NCBI GenBank assembly: GCA_964568775.1
Contig: CAZMQW010000004.1
Coordinates: 164-64,163, forward strand
Origin: an uncultured Candidatus Saccharibacteria bacterium
GTDB lineage: Bacteria > Patescibacteriota > Minisyncoccia > Minisyncoccales > MHMH01
DNA length: 64,000 bases
Reading direction: 5' to 3'
Shown here: positions 44,641 through 52,064 of the stretch, in pieces
Numbering within the stretch: position 1 is the first letter of the stretch
Layout of the letters: the number at the start of each line of letters is the position of its first letter
Position numbers and translations under genes: made by a program
The notes under the pieces: generated by a model
The model's input: only the letters and a program-made list of their open reading frames with translations
Database searches by the model: none
What the model was told of the DNA's origin: nothing

Positions 44641-44742
44641 TTTAAACCTCCTTAATAATAAGAACTATATTAATAGCTATTTTTAACATCAGTCAACTAA
44701 AAAATCAAGTCTTTTATACTTGATTAACTTCAGACTAACAGA

Positions 44743-44979
44743 CTAAATTTTGGTTATTTTTGATTTGGCTTTTTTAATTTGAGTAGGTTTTTCCAGCAAC
44801 CTTCCTTTGTGCAGCTTATATAAAAGCGGGATTACACCGCAGTCCTTACATCTTCCCCAGCCGCACTTTCCTCTGCCTTTTTTTGATAGTTGCCTGCACA
44901 AAGCAATTTCCCTATTAAAAACATTCTTATTAATAATGTTCTTCTTTAGCCCTGTTTTACAGGTTATTTTCTTTTTCAT
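44743..44979 (-). CDS. small basic Cys-rich protein (78 aa)
   Basis: CRQLSKKGRGKCGWGRCKDCGVIPLLYKL. ATGA overlap with the CYTH gene. Confidence 0.5.
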   Translation of the reverse strand: MKKKITCKTGLKKNIINKNVFNREIALCRQLSKKGRGKCGWGRCKDCGVIPLLYKLHKGRLLEKPTQIKKAKSKITKI

Positions 44980-45497
44980 GGTTTTACTTTTGAATAATTG
45001 TATTTCTCCAAGAAAGATTTGATGTCCGAGTATTTCTTCCCCGACAAAAAACCACCAGCCATGAACTCTTCCTGGGTAACGTCGGCCAAACAGAAATCCG
45101 GCATTTTAAAATTCGCTTTTTCTTCGGCTGAGTTAAACTCAAAATCCGCTAAAGCCAAGCCTGCCAGATCGTCTAGGAAAACATCAATTTCCGCCATTGT
45201 ATTATTTACTGGATAAAAATACCTGATTTTCCTTACTCTTTTACCTTTCAATTTGGACAATCCCTCAAATTCTTTTTCTGAAATAGGAATGTTATATTCG
45301 TGATGCTCCGATGCATCATTGGCTGCAATTGGAAACTTCTTGGTAATCTCGTAATTGTCTCCCTGCCGGCGGATCCGTAAAGTCGGATGCACCGCTGATT
45401 GAGGAATGTAAATATCAAGCACCTCGACTGATTTGCAGTTTTTCAAATCCTTTGGCATTTCCTTGAGTAGAAATGTTCTCTCTAATTCTAACTCCAT
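44976..45497 (-). CDS. CYTH-domain (triphosphate tunnel metalloenzyme) protein
   Basis: The N-terminal LELERTFLL corresponds to the ExExK signature, and the length is ~170 aa. TGCTAGAAT lies 7 nt upstream of the ATG. Confidence 0.7.
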   Translation of the reverse strand: MELELERTFLLKEMPKDLKNCKSVEVLDIYIPQSAVHPTLRIRRQGDNYEITKKFPIAANDASEHHEYNIPISEKEFEGLSKLKGKRVRKIRYFYPVNNTMAEIDVFLDDLAGLALADFEFNSAEEKANFKMPDFCLADVTQEEFMAGGFLSGKKYSDIKSFLEKYNYSKVKP

Positions 45498-45502
45498 ATA
45501 TT

Positions 45503-45826
45503 TTATTCTAGCAGAAAAACGTCTGCTCGACGAATTATTATAATTAAAAAAAGGACGGGCTTGGAGGCAAAGTAGCGAGACTCCGAGTGCTCGTAAAATA
45601 ATTCGGCTGCACTTCCGTCTCCCCAGTTAATGCTGCCGACGCAGTGCATTACGGCCAAACGCGGACTCGTAAATACTACCCATAAAGGCAGATAATACCG
45701 GTGGGCATCTATCAGGCCTATTAAAACCTCCTTCTTACATTCTCTTTCGGCTTCCTCAACTTTTTCATCTTTGAGCTTTTCAAATTGCTCGGTGAATAGC
45801 TGGGAAATACTTGTCTTTTTGGACAT
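45503..45826 (-). CDS. hypothetical protein (107 aa)
   Basis: SD aaaaaGGAGGagaaATG. Confidence 0.5.
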   Translation of the reverse strand: MSKKTSISQLFTEQFEKLKDEKVEEAERECKKEVLIGLIDAHRYYLPLWVVFTSPRLAVMHCVGSINWGDGSAAELFYEHSESRYFASKPVLFLIIIIRRADVFLLE

Positions 45827-45895
45827 TTCTCCTCCTTTTTATTTATGAAGTTGTTCGGGTGCAACGGGATTCTTTATCCTACCGCATCTCATGAG

Positions 45896-45930
45896 AAAAT
45901 CAAGTCCGTCCGTCTCTATATTGTCAGACG
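45896..45930 (-). repeat. island intergenic element, copy a
   Basis: Plus strand: aaaatcaagtccgtccgtcTCTATATTGTCagacg. Confidence 0.5.
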
Positions 45931-46010
45931 CAAAATAAAAAGGTACTGACATTATGCCAGCACCTACTCGAATATCCCTTTAAGTGTTTTATGCCACTCC
46001 CTTGATTCAG

Positions 46011-46613
46011 CTAACCAAATAATTCTTTCATCATCTTCTTGATGTCTTCTGATTGGCCAACCTTTTTGGTCACCCCGTTTGTCGTTTCCGAATAGCTTAT
46101 GGAAACGACGGGTGTCGTGTGATGAACGTTCGCGCGCGACCAGATGTTTTCGACCGTTTCAAGCTTTCTGATCTCCTGAATTTCTTCCTGACTGAAATAG
46201 TTCAGAAGCATTGTTTTGCCCGTGCGCAGTAGCATTATCGCGGCATAGGTAAACGGGAGATCCGTTCCCTCTTTGAAAACCGGCCGGTGCAGAGCTAACT
46301 GTTTCTGAAGGGGCGCAACGAGAGAAGACGTTTTCTCCAAAGGCTCGCCCAGCATGTAAACCGCTCCGCTCTCCGTTTGGACCCTTATGGCCTTATCGAC
46401 AAACTCTTGAGGCACGAGCCGCCAAACGGCTCCTAAGGGTTTGGCTATCCCGGTCTCGTCGAAATCCACCATTCTTGCAATCCAGCATTCGAAACAAAAG
46501 TGCCCTGAAATATTCTGGGGAACCATCTCGCCGTAATAGATGAAACTGCAGCCCTTGAAACCGCAATCATCGCATAACATTTCTGGGAAATATCCCCTTT
46601 TTGTATCAGCCAT
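46011..46613 (-). CDS. hypothetical protein (200 aa) with an N-terminal CxxC...CxxC module
   Basis: SD gcaaGGAGGtggataATG. CDDCGFKGCSFIYYG...CFECW. Confidence 0.55.
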   Translation of the reverse strand: MADTKRGYFPEMLCDDCGFKGCSFIYYGEMVPQNISGHFCFECWIARMVDFDETGIAKPLGAVWRLVPQEFVDKAIRVQTESGAVYMLGEPLEKTSSLVAPLQKQLALHRPVFKEGTDLPFTYAAIMLLRTGKTMLLNYFSQEEIQEIRKLETVENIWSRANVHHTTPVVSISYSETTNGVTKKVGQSEDIKKMMKELFG

Positions 46614-46706
46614 TATCCACCTCCTTGCATAGTTGACTTATCGCTTTATTTAAAAAGAAAGGTTTTTCTTCCTCCTTACTAATTTGTATATTAAACAATC
46701 CATCTT

Positions 46707-46741
46707 AAAAATCAAGCTCCGACTGTCTATATTGTCGGATG
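46707..46741 (-). repeat. island intergenic element, copy b
   Basis: Plus strand: aaaaatcaagctccgactgTCTATATTGTCggatg. Confidence 0.5.
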
Positions 46742-46794
46742 TAAAAATAAAATGGGCAGGGATGTCATATAACTTCCCTGCCTTTGTTTGTTGG

Positions 46795-47832
46795 TTAGTA
46801 TAGAGTAACATTCTCCGGGTTATACAGTTCGGTAATTGACTGGCCCAAGACTGTCCTTTTGACGGCTTCGGCAAGCAAAGATTCTACCCACAGCACGACG
46901 AACTTGGACCTGCCGGAAATCATTTGAGCGGTGTTAGGTATGCTGTTGGTGACGACGAACTTCTCTATGGATGAAAATTCCAGTTTCCGAATCAAGCTGT
47001 CTTTGGCCATTTTTTTGTCGGCAAAGACGGCATGAGGAGCTATCATCCAAACCGATCGGCCGCCCTCTTCTAAGACCTTGGCCGCGTCTTTGATAGCGGT
47101 CTTGCCGGTCAGGATTTCATCGTCAATCATCAGACAGAACTTGTCTCCGACGTCGCCGATAATGCCCTTAATTTCCGGCTCTTCCCGGTCATCGCGCCTG
47201 CCCTTGTCAATGTAGGCTGTCGGAATATGCAGAAGTCTAGCAAAGTCACTGTAGCGCTTGCTCGCTCCTTCATCGGGAAAAACGAGCACGCTTTCTTCTT
47301 TCGGCTGGAAGGTGAAAACGTTTTTTTCCAGATAATCAAGCAGAATGTAAATGCTTGTTATCTCGTCAGCCACCGGATCGAAGTAGTGTTTAAGATGATC
47401 GTCGTGAGGATCAAGCAGCAGAATCCGGTTGATGCCGAAAGAATAATTCAGGATGTGAGCCAGGCGATAGGCCATAGTGGAAATGCGGGGCTGATTCTTT
47501 TTGTCCGACCTGGCGTAAGGATAGTAAGGAAAGACAACCAGAATGTCGGCTGGCCTGGCGCCCTTCAAGGCGTCAAGAAGCGCAAAAAGCTCAATTATCC
47601 TCTCGTTGACCGGCGGCACTTGGGTATGAATCACCACTACGAAATGGTCCCGGACGTTTTCCACCCGCACTTGGAGATTTTCATTACTGAAGCGAGCAAC
47701 CTGACTTCTCCCCAGCTTTAGGCAACCGTCTGCTTGCAGGTTTTTAGGTAAACGGGTTTGCAAAGCTTTGCAGATTTCTTTTGCCAAGACATCAGAACCT
47801 CTCGTGCTAAAAACCTTAACAGGATACGGCAT
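46795..47832 (-). CDS. prs: ribose-phosphate pyrophosphokinase family protein (divergent)
   Basis: VFPYYPYARSDKK and MIDDEILTGKT correspond to the Prs Y(F/A)RQDR and PRPP-binding loops. SD atGGAGGGAGGaaaagaatATG. Confidence 0.8.
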   Translation of the reverse strand: MPYPVKVFSTRGSDVLAKEICKALQTRLPKNLQADGCLKLGRSQVARFSNENLQVRVENVRDHFVVVIHTQVPPVNERIIELFALLDALKGARPADILVVFPYYPYARSDKKNQPRISTMAYRLAHILNYSFGINRILLLDPHDDHLKHYFDPVADEITSIYILLDYLEKNVFTFQPKEESVLVFPDEGASKRYSDFARLLHIPTAYIDKGRRDDREEPEIKGIIGDVGDKFCLMIDDEILTGKTAIKDAAKVLEEGGRSVWMIAPHAVFADKKMAKDSLIRKLEFSSIEKFVVTNSIPNTAQMISGRSKFVVLWVESLLAEAVKRTVLGQSITELYNPENVTLY

Positions 47833-47948
47833 ATTCTTTTCCTCCCTCCATTATTAATTTAGAACCATCCTTTATGGTTCTTTTGAATCTTGCCACTTTC
47901 TAACTGTTTTGTCCACCTCCCTTTAAATCAACTTTGTACAAGATGCAA

Positions 47949-47984
47949 CTTCCGTAACTCAATCCCTGTTATGTCGTGTAATGT
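47949..47984. repeat. 36-nt repeat R1
   Basis: cttccgtaactcaatccctgttatgtcgtgtaatgt, identical to R2 at 33 of 36 nt. Confidence 0.6.
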
Positions 47985-48074
47985 TATCTGATGGTCAGGA
48001 GGTCGTTCGGCCTACCTGATGCACTGATAGTTAAGGGAGGGCCTCCGACCCACTAGATGAGTTGTGGGATAATC

Positions 48075-48113
48075 TACAAAAAAGCTCCAATCAAGTATGT
48101 GTGATTTGGAGCT
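48075..48113 (-). terminator. intrinsic terminator
   Basis: AGCTCCAA (48083-48090) pairs with TTGGAGCT (48106-48113). T6 follows on minus. Confidence 0.7.
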
Positions 48114-48132
48114 ATTATTCTGGTTATCCCTT

Positions 48133-48582
48133 TTAGGGACGCAATATAACCCTTTTAATGGCGTGCAAAGGGACTCTCCAACTGGTGCCAGCGAAATTGA
48201 CTTCAACCTTTTTATTTTTATCTTCTTTATCTGGTGCTCTGAGATACTGGGCCACGAGACAGAAACTTATATCTGGATTTTCCAATATCCCTTCCGCTCT
48301 TATTTTCTCGGTTTTTTCCTTGGCGCCGGCGATCATAGCCCAGTCAGAATATCCTTTACAATTAGCAACAGCGCTGATGTCAACCTCTAAAAAAATTCTG
48401 GCGTCTTTGCTTATCTTGCCGCAGTAGCAATGGACCGATAACCGAAAAATGTGGCAGATTTCTTGATTTACAAGGTTCTCGTGGATAGACCTCCGCAGTT
48501 CGTCTTACTCTTTCTTAGGCCTTCCTTGCCAGCTAAGAACATCTAAATCAATACAGTGAAACCACGCTGAATTTTGAGCCAT
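48133..48582 (-). pseudogene. 150-codon reading frame with a strong SD, interrupted by an in-frame TAA at codon 26
   Basis: aaaGGGAGGaaaatcaaATG at 48582. MAQNSAWFHCIDLDVLSWQGRPKKE, then TAA (48507-48505), then DELRRSIHENLVNQ...MIAGAKEK... in the same frame. No ATG, GTG or TTG occurs between 48504 and 48336. Confidence 0.5.
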
Positions 48583-48637
48583 TTGATTTTCCTCCCTTTA
48601 TAGAATTCGCTAAAAGTAGTTTACAGTATTTCAATAA

Positions 48638-48661
48638 GAAAAGTCAACTCCGACCGTCTAT
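48638..48661 (-). repeat. island intergenic element, proximal half (copy c2)
   Basis: Plus strand: gaaaagtcaactccgaccgtctat. Confidence 0.45.
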
Positions 48662-48663
48662 GG

Positions 48664-48699
48664 CTTCCGTAACTCAGTCCCTGTTTTGTCGTGCAATGT
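48664..48699. repeat. 36-nt repeat R2
   Basis: cttccgtaactcagtccctgttttgtcgtgcaatgt. Confidence 0.6.
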
Positions 48700-48722
48700 A
48701 TTAGGATAATCAGACGGTTAAT

Positions 48723-48748
48723 CCGCCGTCCGTCTATATTGTCGAATG
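48723..48748 (-). repeat. island intergenic element, distal half (copy c1)
   Basis: Plus strand: ccgccgtccgTCTATATTGTCgaatg. It shares ccgtctat with c2, 62 nt away. Confidence 0.45.
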
Positions 48749-48814
48749 TAAAATAAAAGGGCCGTGTGGTTTCTACGAGGAAAGCACGGCCTTAATAAAC
48801 AATCCCTTTTTATA

Positions 48815-49390
48815 TTATCTCGTATTTATTATCCTTTCACCGGCATCTTCGGGCAGGTTCTTGCCACCGGGACCAATAATTCTCATGGGCAACCGCTTCA
48901 CACCGCCGGATTTTGCTATTTCCTCCATCTGCTTTTTTATTTCAGTGAAGCGAGGATCTTCTTTGGGCGGTACGTATGAGGGGCCGATGACCATCCGCCA
49001 TTTCTTATGGGAGGGACACGATGGCGAAGGACAATCTCCAGGGCTTCCTGCTATTTCGGAGTAATGACAGTCTGCACAATGGACGGTTCCTCCGATAACT
49101 CCCGGCGGACCCATGCTGTACCAGTGCTCACCGAGATACCATATCAGCAGCTCAATCGTCTCTAGAAACTCCTTTCGCGTTTTGCTGTCGAACGATTTCA
49201 GGGTAACGTTCTTGTCGTGAAGCTCAAAAAGAGCATCCTGGATTTTATTTTCGATACTGATTCGCTTCACTCCTTTAAGCCTGTTCAGCAACATTACCGT
49301 TTTGACGCGAAGGCCTTTGGGCAGATCGTTTACTTTATCTCCGTCTACCCTGCTTTCCCTGACATTATCTTCCACTCTTATGATTTGCAT
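48815..49390 (-). CDS. hypothetical protein (191 aa) with a Cys/His cluster
   Basis: SD aaaaGGAGGctaagcgATG. HCADCH...CPSPSCPSH. Confidence 0.55.
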   Translation of the reverse strand: MQIIRVEDNVRESRVDGDKVNDLPKGLRVKTVMLLNRLKGVKRISIENKIQDALFELHDKNVTLKSFDSKTRKEFLETIELLIWYLGEHWYSMGPPGVIGGTVHCADCHYSEIAGSPGDCPSPSCPSHKKWRMVIGPSYVPPKEDPRFTEIKKQMEEIAKSGGVKRLPMRIIGPGGKNLPEDAGERIINTR

Positions 49391-49487
49391 CGCTTAGCCT
49401 CCTTTTATTGCGATATATTTTTAAATCTACGCGTTCTCTTTCACGCCGTCTGTCCGAAAGAATAAAGAGTTCTTTTTTTCGCCCCTT

Positions 49488-49721
49488 TCAATCATCATGG
49501 CGTTCCATTTTTATTCCCGGCTGGAAACGACCTTCGTACACAAGACGATCCCTCTTTCTGCAACGGGGGCAATAGGCAAATATTTTAGGGGTTACTTTTT
49601 CTTTTTTCTCTTCCCCTAGACGTAATGCGCCGTTGCAATCTTTGCAGGTTTTTTCTCCGGCAATCTCTATTTTCACATCTTCCAAACCGAGAGATCTGGC
49701 TATTTTTTTAAAGTTCGGCAT
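49488..49721 (-). CDS. small zinc-ribbon protein (77 aa)
   Basis: SD taaGGAGGtgagataATG. CKDC...CPRC. Confidence 0.55.
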   Translation of the reverse strand: MPNFKKIARSLGLEDVKIEIAGEKTCKDCNGALRLGEEKKEKVTPKIFAYCPRCRKRDRLVYEGRFQPGIKMERHDD

Positions 49722-49758
49722 TATCTCACCTCCTTATATCAAATTACACAATCCTGAT

Positions 49759-49795
49759 AAAAAAACAAGTCCTCCCGTCCTATGTTGCCGGATAT
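49759..49795 (-). repeat. island intergenic element, copy d (variant)
   Basis: Plus strand: aaaaaacaagtcctcccgtcctatgttgccggatat. Confidence 0.4.
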
Positions 49796-49836
49796 AAAAA
49801 AGCCAGCTGGCCCCGGCTCCAATCACCCCGACTAAT

Positions 49837-50865
49837 CTATTTAGGAACCACTCTTTTTATCATAAAAACTATATTCTCATTTGCATTACGGTATCCTATT
49901 TCAATTTTAGGGTTCTTCTTATGCCAAACTCTAAAAATCTCATCCGCAAAAGCCTGGCCCACCGTATCCACCCCCTTAAAATCTAAAATTATTTTATTGA
50001 ATTTATCCAAGCCGCTGACTATTCTTCTTGCCTGGGAACGGGATATAAATTCGGGATTAATTTTATAAAGCGACACCTTTGTCTCCGTTTTGGAAAATTC
50101 AAAAGCCGGACCAGAATATTTTCTGAATATATCATTCAAATTTCTTCGGTAATCCAAACTAATATTAAAACCGACTTTGGTGCCTTTAATCCTCGCTGCA
50201 TCTTTTATGAATACATCGTTCAAAATATTATCGAATATCAATTTCTTGGCCGAAGACCGAATAACCAATTTCTCAGCTGCTTTTGAGGTAAAGAAAATCC
50301 CCTCCCCGCTATGTTCTTTCGGGACGGTAGTCTGCTTTCCTTTCAATAAATCTTGTATTGCCTCCAGCTCGTTCTTCAACTTTCTTTTTTTCATTATATT
50401 AACAAAGATTCCTATACCCCAATCCCTGACTTCAAACTCGACGCCTCCCCTGTCTTTTTTTATCGTTACCCGTATCTTATCTGAAATAGAGTGCTCGATT
50501 GCGTTGTTGAGCATTTCTGTAAAAGCATACCGTACGATACTCAGAACATTCTTGGGAAGGCTGAATAAGATGCCGGTATTTTTCTCTATCTCGTCGAAAA
50601 CCAAATCTTCCGAAACGTCTTTATTCTTAAAATAACGCCGAGCAGTCAGAATTGATCTTTTGGCCGACAAATCTGCCTTATTTTTAGCAGACACATAACG
50701 GGCCATGTTCGCTTTGCCGATAAGAGATATCTTTCCTTCTTGCTTTAACTTTTGGAAAAATCTATTAATATAGGCGCGAGAAAAACCGGTTTCCTTCACA
50801 ATATCGGAAACTTTAACTCTTTTATTTTTATTTATTTTTGCCAATATCAGCTTATAAATATCCAT
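49837..50865 (-). CDS. wHTH + GHKL (anti-sigma-kinase-like ATPase) + STAS-like (DUF4325-type) fusion protein
   Basis: N-terminal VKVSDIVKETGFSRAYINRFFQKLKQEGKI; middle FTEMLNNAIEHS...VRDWGIGIF; C-terminal ILDFKGVDTVGQAFADEIFRVW. Confidence 0.6.
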   Translation of the reverse strand: MDIYKLILAKINKNKRVKVSDIVKETGFSRAYINRFFQKLKQEGKISLIGKANMARYVSAKNKADLSAKRSILTARRYFKNKDVSEDLVFDEIEKNTGILFSLPKNVLSIVRYAFTEMLNNAIEHSISDKIRVTIKKDRGGVEFEVRDWGIGIFVNIMKKRKLKNELEAIQDLLKGKQTTVPKEHSGEGIFFTSKAAEKLVIRSSAKKLIFDNILNDVFIKDAARIKGTKVGFNISLDYRRNLNDIFRKYSGPAFEFSKTETKVSLYKINPEFISRSQARRIVSGLDKFNKIILDFKGVDTVGQAFADEIFRVWHKKNPKIEIGYRNANENIVFMIKRVVPK

Positions 50866-50902
50866 ATGTTTGTTGACGACTTTATTGTATTATTAAAATT
50901 GA

Positions 50903-50924
50903 AAGTTGTCAACAAGTTGTCAAC
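50903..50924. repeat. perfect tandem 11-bp direct repeat over the promoter of the wHTH gene (candidate operator)
   Basis: aagttgtcaac occurs twice in tandem. The core GTTGNCAAC is palindromic. A third near-copy, gttgacgac, lies at 50871-50879 next to the ATG. Confidence 0.45.
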
Positions 50925-50930
50925 ATATAT

Positions 50931-50973
50931 GGTCAAGTATAGCCTGTCTCCGACCGTTTATGTTGTACGGATG
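50931..50973 (-). repeat. island intergenic element, copy e (variant)
   Basis: Plus strand: ggtcaagtatagcctgtctccgaccgtttatgttgtacggatg. Confidence 0.4.
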
Positions 50974-51025
50974 TAAAATAAAAGGCCTGCCTTTCGGTTT
51001 AAATCCGATTGGTAGGCCATAATAG

Positions 51026-51334
51026 CTAATCATCGACAGCCGGTCTAAATCTTGACGCAACCCATCTAATGTCGCTGTGCAGCTGGCGGAGATGCTTTAT
51101 ATTTGTTCTGTTGTAAACCCCGATCGGAGATCCCTCGTAAGGAATTGCATTATATCTGCCGTTGCCGCCGATTTTATAGGTTCGGCCTTCGAAAGTCCAT
51201 GTTCCTGCCACCTTGTCAACGATTACCCCTTCCGGCACTCCCGCTATTAAGGTCGAAGCGGTGGTATTCACAGGCCAGACAAGCGATATTAAGTTCTTTT
51301 TTTTACACCTCGGCTTTAACTCTTCTGCTGCCAT
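51026..51334 (-). CDS. hypothetical protein (102 aa)
   Basis: I chose the start at MAAEEL because the first ATG of the track ORF is part of the SD (atGAAGGAGGctaaaATG). Confidence 0.5.
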   Translation of the reverse strand: MAAEELKPRCKKKNLISLVWPVNTTASTLIAGVPEGVIVDKVAGTWTFEGRTYKIGGNGRYNAIPYEGSPIGVYNRTNIKHLRQLHSDIRWVASRFRPAVDD

Positions 51335-51402
51335 TTTAGCCTCCTTCATTCTGGCAAAATCTTAAAATTATTAAAGAATATAATAATTATGAATCTTTCA
51401 TA

Positions 51403-51435
51403 AGAAAAGTCAAGGCTCCGGCCCTCTATATCATC
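51403..51435 (-). repeat. island intergenic element, copy f (variant, overlaps the acyP stop)
   Basis: Plus strand: agaaaagtcaaggctccggccctctatatcatc. Confidence 0.4.
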
Positions 51436-51709
51436 TCACTTTAAACGTATTGAATTCGCCTTGATAATCCTCCCAACTGAGCCGAAAGTCGTCCACCTGG
51501 GCAAAAGCCGGGCCCTGCCTGGTCCAATCAACCATTTCCTCCACTTTATCTTTCTCTCCCTCAAACACGGCTTCCAGCCTACCGTCAGGCAGATTGCGCA
51601 CCCAGCCGGTAACCGACAAGGCCAAAGCTTTTTTGAGAGTGTTGTTCCTGAAAAACACTCCCTGGACCCTGCCCGAAACCAATAAATGGCATCTGATTTT
51701 TTCAGTCAT
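51431..51709 (-). CDS. acyP: acylphosphatase
   Basis: VSGRVQGVFFRNNTLKKALALSVTGWVRNLPDGRLEAVFEG. Confidence 0.85.
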   Translation of the reverse strand: MTEKIRCHLLVSGRVQGVFFRNNTLKKALALSVTGWVRNLPDGRLEAVFEGEKDKVEEMVDWTRQGPAFAQVDDFRLSWEDYQGEFNTFKVR

Positions 51710-51760
51710 AAATTTCAGTAAAACTACTTTAATTTTATGTTCTTAAAACGTCCATGTCAA

Positions 51761-51784
51761 AATAAAAACCGCCGAAAGGCGGGG
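51761..51784 (-). terminator. intrinsic terminator
   Basis: CCGCC gaaa GGCGG (51769-51782) with a T-run on minus. Confidence 0.7.
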
Positions 51785-51829
51785 TGATCAAGGCCAAGCC
51801 TTAACCAATGAACGTTTGTTATTGAATCA

Positions 51830-52045
51830 TTATTTCTCTTCCCTGCTGATTTCCTGTTTTTCTTTAGTGCTGAGAGACGTCAGCCAGAAAATGAAAGGCC
51901 GGCGCAGTTTGTCTATGGACCAATTGTTATCTTTGAAAAGGGACGCCTTAGCCACCTTGAAATGAGACAGCAAAGAGGGGGTCGCCTGCAGGTTGTCAGA
52001 AGCCAATCGGTTGTGTTCCTCTAAAAATTGCTGTTTCTTGGTCAT
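51830..52045 (-). CDS. hypothetical protein (71 aa)
   Basis: TATTAT lies 6 nt upstream of the ATG. No family recognised. Confidence 0.45.
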   Translation of the reverse strand: MTKKQQFLEEHNRLASDNLQATPSLLSHFKVAKASLFKDNNWSIDKLRRPFIFWLTSLSTKEKQEISREEK

Positions 52046-52064
52046 GCTTCTATAATACGCTTAT

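Noticed and set aside
47861-47884. Perfect hairpin GAACCAT ccttt ATGGTTC + TTTT on the plus strand, just upstream of the prs SD
   Set aside because: It is oriented as a plus-strand terminator, but nothing obvious is transcribed toward it on plus. It may be a leader structure on minus or a safeguard against antisense transcription. The evidence is insufficient to call either.
47833-48074. The ~240-nt structured region upstream of prs considered as a riboswitch (PRPP/ykkC-type, ZTP)
   Set aside because: I could not find the conserved cores of these classes. Part of the region is the R1 repeat shared with an unrelated gene, which favours a promoter or repeat element. It is left as unexplained structure.
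48505-48507. In-frame TAA considered as evidence for an alternative genetic code
   Set aside because: TAA, TAG and TGA all terminate well-conserved genes at the expected positions in this window (TGA for pcm and aspS, TAA for rplL). A single case is better explained as a nonsense mutation or an error.
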